A stretch of 61,962 nt of DNA from Granulicella sp. (GCA_027339965.1 DAHWNL010000061.1:1-61962), one strand, 5' to 3'. Positions 42,830 to 54,160 are shown, counted from the first letter of the stretch. Numbers and translations are program-made. The notes: generated by a model from the sequence alone, not told the origin.

Positions 42830-43825
42830 ATGGCGAATCTGCTGGACCAGCTCAAGCAAATGACCACCGTGGTCGCCGATAGCGGTGACATCAACTCCAT
42901 CAAACAGTTCAAGCCCACCGATTCGACGACCAACCCATCGCTGATCGCTGCCGCTGCCGCCATGCCTGAGTACCAGGGCATCGTGGATCAGGTGCTGCAG
43001 GAGGCGCGGGAGAAGGCCGGCGAGAAGGCCTCCGACAAGGAGGTGGCAGCCGCTGCATTCAAGCACCTGGCCGTGGCCTTCGGCAAAAAGATCCTGGATA
43101 TCGTTCCCGGCCGGGTCTCCACCGAGGTGGACGCTCGCCTGAGCTACGACACCGAGAAGACCATGCAGCTCGCTCGCGACATCATCCAGCAGTATGAGAG
43201 CGCGGGCATCTCGCGCCAGCGGATCCTGATCAAGATCGCCTCCACCTGGGAGGGCATCAAAGCCGCTGAGGAGCTCGAAAAAGAGGGCATCCACTGCAAT
43301 CTGACCCTGCTCTTCGGCCTGCACCAGGCTATCGCCTGCGCGGAGGCCAAGGTAACCCTGATCTCGCCCTTCGTCGGCCGCATCCTGGACTGGTACAAGA
43401 AGAGCACCGGCAAGGACTACGTGGGCGCGGACGACCCGGGCGTACACTCCGTCACCGAGATCTTTCACTACTACAAAAAGTTCGGCTACAAGACCGTGGT
43501 GATGGGCGCCAGCTTCCGCAACACCGGCGAGATCATCGAGTTGGCCGGCTGCGACCTGCTCACCATCGCCCCCAAGCTGCTGGAGGAACTGCAGAAGACC
43601 GAAGGCGTGCTGGAGCGCAAGCTGGATCCGGCCAAGTGCGCCAACCTTCCCATCGAAAAGATCGTGGTGGACCGGGCGACCTTCGACAAGATGCACGCCG
43701 AAAACCGCATGGCCAAGGAAAAGCTCGAGGAGGGCATCGAGAGCTTCTCCAAGGCGCTCGAAGACCTGGAGAAGATGCTGGAGAAGCGGCTCAGCGAGCT
43801 GCCCCGGCCGCAGGCGGTGCGGTAA
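42830..43825 (+). CDS. tal: Transaldolase
   Basis: [47 protein letters not shown]. Confidence 0.97.
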   Translation: MANLLDQLKQMTTVVADSGDINSIKQFKPTDSTTNPSLIAAAAAMPEYQGIVDQVLQEAREKAGEKASDKEVAAAAFKHLAVAFGKKILDIVPGRVSTEVDARLSYDTEKTMQLARDIIQQYESAGISRQRILIKIASTWEGIKAAEELEKEGIHCNLTLLFGLHQAIACAEAKVTLISPFVGRILDWYKKSTGKDYVGADDPGVHSVTEIFHYYKKFGYKTVVMGASFRNTGEIIELAGCDLLTIAPKLLEELQKTEGVLERKLDPAKCANLPIEKIVVDRATFDKMHAENRMAKEKLEEGIESFSKALEDLEKMLEKRLSELPRPQAVR

Positions 43826-43845
43826 CGCCTGACAAAGCAGACCCC

Positions 43846-43876
43846 AAAGGGCCGCCTCTGCGGAGGCGGCCCTTTT
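43846..43876. terminator. Probable bidirectional terminator between tal and GT2
   Basis: AAAGGGCCGCCTC-TGCG-GAGGCGGCCCTTTT. Confidence 0.85.
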
Positions 43877-43924
43877 CCCACGTCACCCTATCCGCAGCCG
43901 CCCAAGCTCCGCAACCGCGTAGGC

Positions 43925-45136
43925 TCAGCGGCGGCGCAGGCCCAGCAGGCTCAAAAAGAAGCTGGCAAAACAGATCTCTGTGCCCAGCATCAGGCACAGC
44001 ATGGCAGGAAGCGTGCGCCGCATCATCTGCACCGGGGGAAGGTGGCCGTAGCCGGTGTGCGCCCAGGAGAGCACGGAGGAGACCGCGATCCCCACGCCAC
44101 AGAGCACCAGCAGCGCTCCCAGCAGCAGGCCGGTCTCCAGAGTGATGTAGTGGAACCAGCGCTGGAAGCTCTCATCCTCTGGGAGCAGCCCCTCGGAGAT
44201 GGCGAAGACCTTGGCCGCCACGGCGAAGAAGACCAACTGGAACCCCACCAGCACCGCCGCCGAGATGTAGGCCAGCGTATCCACGCCCAGGTTCACATGC
44301 CCCAAAGGGCGCGAGGCCGGCAGCAGCCAGGCCATCAACCCCAGGCCCACCGCCATCAGCGCCAGGCCGGGATAGAGGAAGAGCCAGCGCGGCGAGTACA
44401 TCAGCAGAAAGCGCAGATGCCGCCAGCCGTCGCGCCAGGTGCGCAGATGCGGCGGACGGCTGCGGCCATCCTTCTTCAGCGTCGTCGGAACCTCAGCGAT
44501 CCTCTGCCCCAGCAGCGCCGACTTCACCACCATCTCACTGGCGAACTCCATGCCCGTGGTGCGCAGGTCCAGGCGGCTGTAGGCGTCCTTGGAAAACGCT
44601 CGAATGCCGCAGTGGAAGTCGCCAATCGAGGCATGAAACAGCCTGCGGCCCAGGAAGCTGAGCACTGGATTGCCCAGATAGCGATGCAGCGGCGGCATCG
44701 CCCCGGGAAGGATCCCTCCCCGGAAGCGATTGCCCATCACCAGCTCGGCGCCACCGCGCAACTCGGCCAGGAAGCGGGGAATATGGGCAAACTCGTAGCT
44801 GTCATCCGCATCGGCCATCAGCACATAGCGGCCCCGCGCCGCCTGGATGCCGGCGCTCAGCGCCGCTCCATACCCGCGCACCGGCACGTTCACCACACGT
44901 GCGCCATGCTGCGTGGCAATCGCCTGCGAGCCGTCGGTGGAACCGTTGTCGGCCACGATCACCTCACCCACAATGCCGTTCCCGGCCAGCGCGGCCAGCG
45001 CCTTGTCAACACAGACGGCGAGCGTCTCGGCCTCGTTCAGGCACGGCATCACCACCGTCAACTCCACGGGAGCCGTCTCCCCCTGGCCGCCGTCCGGGTA
45101 TGCGGGCTGTGTCGGATCTTGAGCCATCATCTTCAT
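43925..45136 (-). CDS. GT2 glycosyltransferase (DPM1/polyprenol-phosphate sugar synthase-like) with C-terminal TM helices
   Basis: VVMPCLNE, DNGSTDGS, GYG, MADADDSY, RDGWRHL. Confidence 0.9.
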   Translation of the reverse strand: MKMMAQDPTQPAYPDGGQGETAPVELTVVMPCLNEAETLAVCVDKALAALAGNGIVGEVIVADNGSTDGSQAIATQHGARVVNVPVRGYGAALSAGIQAARGRYVLMADADDSYEFAHIPRFLAELRGGAELVMGNRFRGGILPGAMPPLHRYLGNPVLSFLGRRLFHASIGDFHCGIRAFSKDAYSRLDLRTTGMEFASEMVVKSALLGQRIAEVPTTLKKDGRSRPPHLRTWRDGWRHLRFLLMYSPRWLFLYPGLALMAVGLGLMAWLLPASRPLGHVNLGVDTLAYISAAVLVGFQLVFFAVAAKVFAISEGLLPEDESFQRWFHYITLETGLLLGALLVLCGVGIAVSSVLSWAHTGYGHLPPVQMMRRTLPAMLCLMLGTEICFASFFLSLLGLRRR

Positions 45137-45182
45137 GCAAATCGCCTGTATGCCGCGGAGAATCGTGCAACGCTGCGCGGGT

Positions 45183-47153
45183 TCATGGCTTGGCCGCTCC
45201 CGTGCTGTCCCAAGGCAGGCTAACAGGTGCGGCGGGGGAAGGTGGGGGAAGATTCAGGGGAAAGGCGTACAAATCCGAATCCCCCAAGCGGATCCACCCC
45301 TCGGAGGCAGGCGTTCGGCCGGTCATGGAACCGGGATCGAAGGCAGCTACCACGACCTTCGCGCCCTGCGCCTTCAGCACCTGGAGCACCTGCTGCCGGT
45401 TGGGCAGACTCTGAAACTCCTCCAGCAGATGGGTAGGATCCGGGTTATAGACCTCGGTGAGCACGCGCACGTCGGCCAGCCGCATCCAGTACGGATCGTT
45501 CAGGCAGGCTATCGTCCCCATGCACGCGATGGCGTCGCCGGAGCCCACCCCGAGCGCATTCAGGCCCCGCGCAGCGGCGAAGATCCGCGGCCAGTACCAA
45601 GCAGCGGGAAGCCCAGCGGCAGACTCGTCCCGCCGCTCCTCCAGCGCAATACGCAGGCTCTCCCCCAGCGCCAGAAAGGCCAGCAGCGCCACCATCGCGG
45701 CGGCCGAGCGGCGCTGCCAAGAAGAATGCCGGGAAGAACAGGAGGAAGCCGATAGCGCTTCAGGGGGTGACGGCGCTCGATCGCCTGCAGCAGCCGGATC
45801 CGTCCCGGCAACGGAACCGCACTCTGGAGCTCCGGCTCCCGAGTCTAGAGCCGCGAAGAGCGGAAGAACGATGGCCAGCCAGGCCAGCGTGACGTAGCGC
45901 TCTTCAATGTTCACCATGGCGTAGATGCCCCAGATGGCCACGCCCAAAAGCAGCGGCGGCAAGGCGAAGGCACTCGACCGCCAGCCTTCCCCGCCCGCGC
46001 CGAGGCAGGCGCCAAATCTGGCGCCGACTCCGCCGCAAACCCCCGGCGGATCCAGCCGCGCGCCGCAGACCAGCAGCAGCGCCAGCAGAATCCACGCCTC
46101 GGGATGATTCAGAAGGTAGCGCAGGCTCAGCGCCAGATTGCGTGCGTCTCGTCGCATCAGACGCCGAGCGCTGAAGACCGGCGTGATGCGCTCGTGGAAG
46201 TAGGTCGGGTCAAACCAGGCTGGATACGTGCCGTACGGCTCCGCCTGGTAGCTGTAGATCCCCGGATGCGCCAGCAGTTGCTGCTCCGGATGCAGCAGCT
46301 TGACGCGGGCTGAGCCGAAGTCGCCGGTCATCCACGGCTCGAGGTGCATCTTCACCGTGCCGCTCACATACCAGGCGTAGTTCAACGCGCCGGAGTCTCC
46401 AAAGTCGAAGCGATGCTTCTGGCGGGAGAGCGCGGCGATGTACGGCCCAGCTACAGCGGCGAAGACCAGCAGCGCCAGCCCGCCTGCGGCCAGAACCCGC
46501 CCCGGACGGCGGCGTTGCACCCAGAGCTGAAACAGCATCATCACCCCTATGGTCAGCAAGCCCGCCACAAAGGCGAAGGACTTCGCCAGATACGCCAGGC
46601 CAAGAAACAGTCCCAGCAGCGGAGCGTAGACCAGGCTGGCGGTGGCCAGGCTCTGCAGCAGCATCGCCAGGGCCAGCAGCATCAGCGCTTGCAGCAGAGC
46701 GTCCGGACGCATATAGGCCATCGAGAGCTCGCGCTGCGCGGCGATCACCGTCAGCGCGACCCCCAGCAGGCGCAGCGAGTCGATGCCCAGCAGGTGGGCC
46801 GGCGAAGGGTTCCTGTGGTGGCGTAGCTTCACCAGCGCGGAGACGAACCAAAGCACCGCGGCCACGGAGAACAGAAAGATGAAGTAGTTCAGAACATAGA
46901 AGGCGTGCAGCTCGTTCCATCGGGTGGTGTGGAAGAGGTGCTGGAAGAGCGCCATACAGGCCGGATAGAGTGGGTTCCAGTAGCCATTGACCACCCCCGC
47001 CCAGCGGTGCGCTCGCATCAGATCGGCGATGTCCATGTAGGCCATGCCGTCGCCATCCAGGGCGTACGGAGAGTACCTCATGGCCAGCCAGCCGATGGGA
47101 ATCAGCAGCACCAGATAGACCAGCAGTGCGCGGCGGATGGTTTGAGATCTCAC
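45183..47153 (-). CDS. Polytopic membrane protein, putative GT-C glycosyltransferase
   Basis: DGDGMAYMD..NGYWNPLYP first loop, RPD, YLAK, EERY; directly upstream of the GT2 gene. Confidence 0.6.
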   Translation of the reverse strand: MRSQTIRRALLVYLVLLIPIGWLAMRYSPYALDGDGMAYMDIADLMRAHRWAGVVNGYWNPLYPACMALFQHLFHTTRWNELHAFYVLNYFIFLFSVAAVLWFVSALVKLRHHRNPSPAHLLGIDSLRLLGVALTVIAAQRELSMAYMRPDALLQALMLLALAMLLQSLATASLVYAPLLGLFLGLAYLAKSFAFVAGLLTIGVMMLFQLWVQRRRPGRVLAAGGLALLVFAAVAGPYIAALSRQKHRFDFGDSGALNYAWYVSGTVKMHLEPWMTGDFGSARVKLLHPEQQLLAHPGIYSYQAEPYGTYPAWFDPTYFHERITPVFSARRLMRRDARNLALSLRYLLNHPEAWILLALLLVCGARLDPPGVCGGVGARFGACLGAGGEGWRSSAFALPPLLLGVAIWGIYAMVNIEERYVTLAWLAIVLPLFAALDSGAGAPECGSVAGTDPAAAGDRAPSPPEALSASSCSSRHSSWQRRSAAAMVALLAFLALGESLRIALEERRDESAAGLPAAWYWPRIFAAARGLNALGVGSGDAIACMGTIACLNDPYWMRLADVRVLTEVYNPDPTHLLEEFQSLPNRQQVLQVLKAQGAKVVVAAFDPGSMTGRTPASEGWIRLGDSDLYAFPLNLPPPSPAAPVSLPWDSTGAAKP

Positions 47154-47385
47154 AGGGTTCCTCGTTTTGCAGCCGGCATCAAGACTGTCGGTGAATTGAA
47201 GATGAGGGCTCTCTCAGCATATCCCGACCTCCGCACCGTCAGCGAGGCTCTCTCGGTCGTTATCGAGGACAGCCCCTTCGCCCATGGCATTACGGCGCAT
47301 ATCGGCCCCGTCTTGGGATGGCAACCTCCGCGAACGCAGTGATATACCGGAATTACGATCTCATCTTTAGTTTGTGGGGTATCCG

Positions 47386-48252
47386 ATGGAACGGAACAAA
47401 CCCACCCTGGCGTGGATTCTCCGCTATGTTCGGCAGGCGCTGAGTGAAACGAGCAACTTTGAGTTTCGGACGTATGCGAATGCTCTTTTCGACAAACTGG
47501 AACGAGCACAAGTCGAGGGCGTAGTTCGCGTCCGGCCAGAGCAGTATTCGGGAGGACAGACCTATCAGTACGCTGAGATGCCGCACGAGTTGCGTGCTCT
47601 GGTTTCTGAGGCATTCTTCCACATTTTTCATAAGGGATACATTGCGCCCGCCGCTCCAGACTCCTAGCTGAACCCGCCGACCTTGCATATGTTCAATGTG
47701 ACCCCAAGGGGTCGAGCATGGTTCCAAGGGAAAGAACCGCTCCCGGAAGACGCCGAGCAATACATGATGTTTCTGCGTCAACGGGTTGCTGCGCTCGACC
47801 CGATCCTTGAGCAATACACCATTGAAGCTCTGACCGCATTTGACCGAGAGGCATACTTCGCATCCGCCGTGATGCTGGGAGCCGCCTCGGAAAAGGAACT
47901 ATATCTCCTCGCAGATGCAGTCGTCTCCGCATTGAAAGACCCGAAGAGGCAGACTAAATTGAGGGGATTATTAGATCGTCGGAAGCTATTGGAGCTGTTC
48001 GAGACCGTGAGGGATACGATCCATCAAGGCGTGACCGCAAAGCTGATTCCGTACACCGACTCGGAAGGTTCGACGACCCATTTGATGTCACTGTACGAAG
48101 CCATTCGGGTACAAAGGAATGATGCTGTGCATCCGATGAATGCCGTCGTTTCGGAAGATTCCGTCAGGCTGTTGTTGCAATCGTTTCCCTATGCACTGTC
48201 GAAGAGCGAAGAGTTGCGGGCTTGGCTTGCGGCACATCCAAGGAGCATTTGA
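47386..48252 (+). pseudogene. HEPN-domain protein interrupted by one in-frame TAG
   Basis: ORFs 47374-47667 and 47683-48252 share a frame: ...YIAPAAPDS*LNPPTLHMF... (TAG 47665-47667). C-terminal half has EA..AF...ASAVMLGAASE and RNDAVH (RX4H, 48115-48132). Confidence 0.75.
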
Positions 48253-48254
48253 TC

Positions 48255-48850
48255 TTACTCATATCCCGAATGCAGTCGCTTGCTCAGTCTCGTCAAGTGG
48301 TGTTTCAAGTCCGCGTACAGCGGTTGGAGGGTTCCTTCTTTGTGCTCGATCTGCTGCAAGACCTCGCGCGGCAAGGACTGGTCCAGGAAGCGATTCCATA
48401 TCTCCACGAACTCCACGAACGTCGCGTAAAAGCCCATAGTGGATGGTTCAGCAAGCCACCCGCTGTCCGTAAAAATGGCGAGCATCTTGCAGTAGAGGGG
48501 AGCGATTTCTTCAGCCGCTTAACGGTTGTTATAGTTCTGCAATTTGTCGTAGGCCTGGCTGTCGCGCTCACTGATTTGCTTTTTGCGCATGGGAGCTTCA
48601 ATGCCAGCAAACTTTGCGGACCAGGCGGCACCGGCTGCAATCGATAGCTTCAGACGCAGTTCGCTCTTCGCTTTGATCTGGAGGCGGATGCTGACCAGCG
48701 GAGAATAGAACTCGCCGAGCTGGCTTTTAATATGAGCTTCCCGGCGCTGTCGCTCTTGATCGAGAGCCGTAAGCCATCCCCCGATAGCCACACCCGCAAG
48801 ACCAGAGACTGCCGGAACTGCGGGAACGATCCTGCGCAGAGCCCAGATGC
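48255..48850 (-). pseudogene. Hypothetical protein with N-terminal TM helix, interrupted by in-frame TAA
   Basis: ORFs 48519-48791 and 48255-48485 are in frame: ...QNYNNR*AAEEIAPLYCKML... (TAA 48519-48521); VSGLAGVAIGGW followed by QLGEFYSPL. No clear start codon. Confidence 0.65.
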
Positions 48851-48970
48851 TCCGTGAGGAAGCATCCTCTTCGATCTCCTTCCGCGAGCAACTGCTTGTC
48901 TGCTTGTCCAGGGCAGCCCCCGCTCAGGCTCACTTTGACGTGGCCGAACCCGACACCTCGCAAGGCCAGT

Positions 48971-50602
48971 CTAGCCGATGTCCTCCGACCAGTTCTCCAG
49001 ACAGGCTTTGAAGTCGGCCATGAACTTGCCTGCATCCGCGCCGTCGATGATGCGATGGTCAAAGCCCAGGGTGAAGTGCTGGATGCTGCGGATGGCGATG
49101 CTGTCCTGGCCGTCTTCGCTGGTGACGACGACCGGCTCCTTGCTCAACCCGCCGATGCCGAGGATCGCCGACTGCGGCTGCGCGATGATGGGCATCCCGA
49201 ACTGCTCGCCGAAGATGCCGGAGTTGGTCAGCGTGAAGGTTCCGCCAGCCACCTCCTCGGGCGCCAGTTTCTTGGCGCGCGCTCGCTCGGCCAGGTCGGC
49301 CACTGCGCGAGCCACGCCCAGGAAGCTCTTCTCCTCGGCCTGCTGGATCACCGGGACGATCAGGCCCCACTCCAACGCCACTGCGATTCCCAGGTTGATG
49401 TTGCGGTTGTACAAGATGGCTTCGCCCTGCATGGAGGCGTTGACGATGGCGTGCTTGCGCAGGGCGTGCACGGCAGCCCGGGCGATGAACGGCATGTAGG
49501 TCAGCTTCACGCCGTTGCGCTGTTCGTATTTGCTCTTCTCCCGCTCGCGCAGCCGGACGATGCGCGTCATGTCCACCTTGAAGACCGTATGCACGTGCGG
49601 ACTGGTGGCCTTGGACTCCACCATCCGTTTGGCGATGATGGAGCGCATCCGGGAGAGCGGCACCAGCTCACCGGGCAGCGGCGTTTGCGCCGCCGGAGCG
49701 GCGGCCGCGGGGGCAGCCTGAACAGAGGCCGCTTGTGCGGGCGGGGCCTGCGGAACGGAGGCTGCAATGGGCGCTGCGACCGGTGTCGCTGCCGGCTCCT
49801 GCAGCCGGCGCAGGATATCCTGCTTGGTGATGCGGCCGGAAGCCCCGGTCCCGCGCAGGCTGCGCAGATCGATCTTGTTTTCGGCGGCGATCTTGCGCAC
49901 CAGTGGCGAGGAACGCGGCAGCTCCCCCGCAGCGGCGGGAGCGGAGGCTTTCTGTGAGCTCCCGGCCGCGCTGGAGGCCTGCGGCACCACTGCCGCGGGC
50001 GTGGCTTGGGCCGCAGACGCCACCTCTGCCGCTCTGGCCGAAGCTGCCCGGATCACGGCGACCACCGTGTTGATGGTGACCGTCTGGCCCTCCCCGACAC
50101 GGATCTCGTTTAGAACGCCGGCGACCGGTGAGGGGATCTCGGCGTCCACCTTGTCCGTGGAGATCTCGAAGATGGGCTCGTCGCGCGCGACGGAATCGCC
50201 TACTTTTTTGAGCCATCGGGTCAGCGTACCCTCGGTGATCGACTCTCCCATCTGCGGCATCAAGACCTCGGTGCCGGCCCCCATCCCAGCCGCGTCGCCG
50301 GCGGCTATAGCGGCGGGTTGCGCCGCCGGAGGCTGGGCCGAGGGCGCCGCTGCGGACTGGTCGCCGGCCTCCAGGATGGTGCAGACAACGGTTCCAATCC
50401 CCACCGTCGTACCCTCTTGAATCTTGATCTCACCCAGCGACCCGGCGGCGGGCGAAGGAATCTCGGCATCCACCTTGTCGGTGGAGATCTCAAAGATGGG
50501 CTCGTCGCGCGCCACGGTATCGCCCGGCTTCTTGAGCCACCGGGTCAGAGTTCCCTCCGTGATGGACTCACCCATCTGGGGCATTACGACGTCAATTGGC
50601 AT
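48971..50602 (-). CDS. sucB: 2-oxo acid dehydrogenase E2 (dihydrolipoamide succinyl/acyltransferase) with two lipoyl domains
   Basis: Two STDKVDAE lipoyl motifs, E3-binding domain (SPLVRK..GTG..GRITKQD), DHRIIDG. Acyl specificity inferred. Confidence 0.88.
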   Translation of the reverse strand: MPIDVVMPQMGESITEGTLTRWLKKPGDTVARDEPIFEISTDKVDAEIPSPAAGSLGEIKIQEGTTVGIGTVVCTILEAGDQSAAAPSAQPPAAQPAAIAAGDAAGMGAGTEVLMPQMGESITEGTLTRWLKKVGDSVARDEPIFEISTDKVDAEIPSPVAGVLNEIRVGEGQTVTINTVVAVIRAASARAAEVASAAQATPAAVVPQASSAAGSSQKASAPAAAGELPRSSPLVRKIAAENKIDLRSLRGTGASGRITKQDILRRLQEPAATPVAAPIAASVPQAPPAQAASVQAAPAAAAPAAQTPLPGELVPLSRMRSIIAKRMVESKATSPHVHTVFKVDMTRIVRLREREKSKYEQRNGVKLTYMPFIARAAVHALRKHAIVNASMQGEAILYNRNINLGIAVALEWGLIVPVIQQAEEKSFLGVARAVADLAERARAKKLAPEEVAGGTFTLTNSGIFGEQFGMPIIAQPQSAILGIGGLSKEPVVVTSEDGQDSIAIRSIQHFTLGFDHRIIDGADAGKFMADFKACLENWSEDIG

Positions 50603-50724
50603 AGGAACTCGTCTCCACAAAAATTTAGAACGCTACCAGCGCAGCCCAGAGCAGCCTGCGGCGCAACTCTGAGATTATACGGTTCCTGCCCGCTTCGGAA
50701 GAGTACAAAACCGCGATTCCATAC

Positions 50725-51486
50725 CTATTGGTACAGTTGACCCTGTGGCGCCGTCCTGGAGGAAGGTGAAGCACCTCTCAAAAGCTCTTGCAAGGACGCC
50801 GCAGCCAGCATCTGGCGTTGAAAGACGCGGCCAAAGTTTGCCGAGACCACCTCGGCCGCGCGGGCCATCGTCGGGGCCGGCTCCGCAGCCTCCATCTCCA
50901 GGGAGGTGACCGCGCGGTCGGTGATGCCGCAGGGAATGATCCAGTTAAAGTCGCGCAGGTCGGTGGTCACGTTCAGGGCGAAGCCGTGGGTGGTGATTGC
51001 CTGCGCCACATGGATGCCGATGGCGGCAATCTTTTTCTCCGGCACGCTGCCGCCGGGCAACGTCCAGACTCCGGTGCGTTTGCAGATGCGCTGGGCAGCG
51101 ACTCCGAAGTCTTTGCAGGAGAGGATCAACGCCTCCTCAATCCGGCGGACGAAGTCAACGGGGCCCAGGTGCGGGCCGCGCTTGCCAGGCAGATCGCCGC
51201 GGAGATCGAAGATCGGGTACCCCACCAGTTGCCCGGGGCCGTGATAAGTGACATCGCCGCCACGGTTGATCTCCTGCACCTCAACGCCGCGGGCGGCAAG
51301 CTCCTCTGGAGGCAAGAGAATGTTGGCTCGCGAGGCATTGCGGCCCAGGGTCAGCACCGGCGGATGCTCCAGCAGAATGAGCGTATCGCCGATGACACCG
51401 TCTCTCCGCGCGGCCGCTATCTCCGCCTGGAGGCGCAGGCCCTCCGCGTAGGGGACACGGCCGAGTTGGAGCAGATGGATCAGCAA
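50725..51486 (-). CDS. lipB: Lipoyl(octanoyl) transferase
   Basis: EHPPVLTLG, RGGDVTYHGPGQLVGYP, KIAAIG, HGFALN, IIPCG. Confidence 0.96.
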   Translation of the reverse strand: MLIHLLQLGRVPYAEGLRLQAEIAAARRDGVIGDTLILLEHPPVLTLGRNASRANILLPPEELAARGVEVQEINRGGDVTYHGPGQLVGYPIFDLRGDLPGKRGPHLGPVDFVRRIEEALILSCKDFGVAAQRICKRTGVWTLPGGSVPEKKIAAIGIHVAQAITTHGFALNVTTDLRDFNWIIPCGITDRAVTSLEMEAAEPAPTMARAAEVVSANFGRVFQRQMLAAASLQELLRGASPSSRTAPQGQLYQ

Positions 51487-51527
51487 AGCGTCTTGAGATC
51501 GCCTATGCGCCCGGAGGCGGACCGGCC

Positions 51528-52952
51528 CTAAACGTTCACCGCCATCCCCTCCACCGCCGAGAAGCCGTCCAGCAGACTCTCAGCGAGGGTTGGATGGGCG
51601 TGGATGGTAAACATCAGTTCTTCCACCGTGGCCTCCAGTTCCAGCGCCACCACGCACTCGGCGATCAGCTCGGTGGCCTGAGGGCCGATGATGTGGACTC
51701 CCAGCACCTCGCCGTAGCGCGCGTCGGAGACCACCTTCACAAAACCCTCATGGGAGTCGACGATGGTGGCCTTCGAGTTTCCCTTGAAGGGGAACTTGCC
51801 CACCTTTACCGCATAACCCTTCTCTCGGGCCTGCGCCTCGGTAAGCCCCACGCTGCCGATCTGCGGCTCGCAGTAGGTACAGCCTGGAACGCGCTCCTTG
51901 CGCACCGGACGAGCGTACTTCCCGGCCAGCTTGCTGGCTACCACAATGCCGCTCATGGCGCCCACATGCGCCAGTTGCGGCAGCCCGGCGACGATGTCTC
52001 CAATGGCGTAAACTCCCGGCTCGGTGGTTTCCATCCACTCATTCACCGGGATGTAGCCGCGGTCCAGGGCAATGCTCATCTTATCCATCCCGGCATCAGC
52101 CGTACGCGGACCGCGCCCGACGGCGACCAGAACCTTCTCGGCCTCTTTGCTCTGGGCTTTGCCGGAGGCATCCTTGAAGCTGACCTTGACCCCTCCCGGC
52201 GTCTTCTCGATCTTCTCCACCATGCAGCCCGTGTTCACGTCGATGCCGCGCTTCTTGAAGGCTCGTGTCAGCTCCTTGGAGACCTCTTCATCCTCCACTG
52301 GAACGATGCGGGGCAGCGCCTCCAGAATGCTCACCTCGGCGCCGAAGCTGCGGAAGATGGAAGCAAACTCCACTCCGACGGCGCCCGAGCCGATGACGAT
52401 CAGCGACTTGGGCGGAGCCGCCAGGGTGAGGATCTCCATGTTGGTGAGGATCGTCTCATCGGCCTGGTAGCCGGGCAGCATGCGCGCGTCCGAGCCGGTG
52501 GCCAGCACCAGCTTTTTGCCCAGAACCGGAGTGATGGTCTTCTTGTCCCCGGCCGTCACCTCAACGGTGAACACCCCATCCTTTGCCGGACCGGTCAGCC
52601 GTCCGTGACCATGCTCCACGGTGATCTTGTTTTTCTTCATCAAGAAGTCCAGGCCCTTGGTGTGCTGGGTCACAATCTCGTTCTTTCGCTTGAGCAGGTT
52701 CTCCCAGTTCAAGCGGGGGGCGGACACCCCGTCGATGCCATAGCTCTCGGCGTGCTTCAGATGGTCCCACACCTCGGCGGAGAAGAGCATCGCCTTGGTG
52801 GGGATGCAACCCCAGTGCAGGCACGTCCCGCCGAGCTTGCCGGTCTTTTCGATCAGGGCCACTTTGAGCCCAAGCTGCGCGGCGCGGATGGCGCAGGTAT
52901 ACCCGGCCGGACCGCCGCCGACGATCACCAGATCATAGATAGTCTCTGTCAA
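51528..52952 (-). CDS. lpdA: Dihydrolipoyl dehydrogenase
   Basis: GGGPAG, GGTCLHWGCIPTK, GSGAVG, HAHPTLAE; probable TTG start at 52952 after GGAG. Confidence 0.97.
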   Translation of the reverse strand: MTETIYDLVIVGGGPAGYTCAIRAAQLGLKVALIEKTGKLGGTCLHWGCIPTKAMLFSAEVWDHLKHAESYGIDGVSAPRLNWENLLKRKNEIVTQHTKGLDFLMKKNKITVEHGHGRLTGPAKDGVFTVEVTAGDKKTITPVLGKKLVLATGSDARMLPGYQADETILTNMEILTLAAPPKSLIVIGSGAVGVEFASIFRSFGAEVSILEALPRIVPVEDEEVSKELTRAFKKRGIDVNTGCMVEKIEKTPGGVKVSFKDASGKAQSKEAEKVLVAVGRGPRTADAGMDKMSIALDRGYIPVNEWMETTEPGVYAIGDIVAGLPQLAHVGAMSGIVVASKLAGKYARPVRKERVPGCTYCEPQIGSVGLTEAQAREKGYAVKVGKFPFKGNSKATIVDSHEGFVKVVSDARYGEVLGVHIIGPQATELIAECVVALELEATVEELMFTIHAHPTLAESLLDGFSAVEGMAVNV

Positions 52953-53173
52953 AAGATGCACTCCATTCATCCGGGCCGGCGCAGACCGCGCAAGGCTTCT
53001 CCCCGCGGTGTTGCAACCTCCCCGGAAGCCTTAGTTTACGATACTGCGTCGGAAGGGGGCGGAAACGCCGAAGCCCTTTTGGCGCTGCGGCCAAGAGGCA
53101 GAAACCGGCGGCGCCCGAGGGTGATCAAATGCTTTGCACGGATGCCGACTCCTGTCCTTCCGGTCCCGGCTTC

Positions 53174-54160
53174 TCAGAGCAGCTTGGCAGCGTCCTTGGC
53201 GAAGTAGGTGACGATGAAGTCGGCTCCGGCGCGGCGGATGCTCAGCAGGCTCTCCAGCATCGCCCGCTCCGGCTCCAGCCATGCTCGCTGAAAGGCGGCG
53301 TGCAGCATGGAGTACTCCCCGGAGACCTGATAGGCCCCCATGGGCAGATCAAAGCGGCTGCGCGCCTCGCGGATCACATCCAGATAAGGCATGGCGGGCT
53401 TCATCAGGAGCATATCCGCGCCCTCAGCGATGTCCTGCTCGATCTCCCGCATGGCTTCGCGAAGGTTGGCCCCGTCCATCTGATAGGTGCGGCGGTCGCC
53501 AAACTGCGGAGCCGAAGCGGCAGCCTCGCGGAAGGGTCCGTAGAAGGCTGAAGCGAACTTGGAGGCGTAGCTCAGGATCGGCGTATGGGTCTTGCCCGCC
53601 TCGTCCAGGGCGGAGCGGATCGCTCCCACTCGTCCGTCCATCATGTCGCTGGGCGCCACCACATCCGCTCCGGCCTGGGCCAGCGAAACCGCCGTGGCCG
53701 CCAGCAGGGCCACGCTGGGATCGTTGTCCACCACAAAGCTCTCGCCCTGCCGGTTCACCACCCCGCAGTGGCCATGGGAAGTGTACTCACAGAGACACAC
53801 GTCGGCCATCACCACCAGCGACTTGGCCGCCGAGGTGTTCTTGATGGCGCGCAGGCCGCGCTGCACAATGCCGTCTTCCGCCCAGGCCCCGCTGCCCTGC
53901 TCGTCCTTCTCAGCCGGGACGCCGAAGAGAAGCAGGCCGCCCAGGCCCAGCGCGGAGCAGGCCTCAACCTCCTTCAGCGCCTCGTCGATGGAGAGGTTGA
54001 AGACTCCCGGCATGCTGCTGATCTCGCGCCTCACCCTAGAGCCTTCGCAGAGGAATAAGGGGTAGATCAGCGCCGAGGGTTCCAGGCGCGTCTCTCGGAC
54101 CAGGGACCTCAGGGCGGCCGAGGAGCGCAGACGACGGAGGCGGGTAGCGGGAAAGTTCAT
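53174..54160 (-). CDS. hemB: Porphobilinogen synthase (Zn-type)
   Basis: [38 protein letters not shown]. Confidence 0.97.
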   Translation of the reverse strand: MNFPATRLRRLRSSAALRSLVRETRLEPSALIYPLFLCEGSRVRREISSMPGVFNLSIDEALKEVEACSALGLGGLLLFGVPAEKDEQGSGAWAEDGIVQRGLRAIKNTSAAKSLVVMADVCLCEYTSHGHCGVVNRQGESFVVDNDPSVALLAATAVSLAQAGADVVAPSDMMDGRVGAIRSALDEAGKTHTPILSYASKFASAFYGPFREAAASAPQFGDRRTYQMDGANLREAMREIEQDIAEGADMLLMKPAMPYLDVIREARSRFDLPMGAYQVSGEYSMLHAAFQRAWLEPERAMLESLLSIRRAGADFIVTYFAKDAAKLL

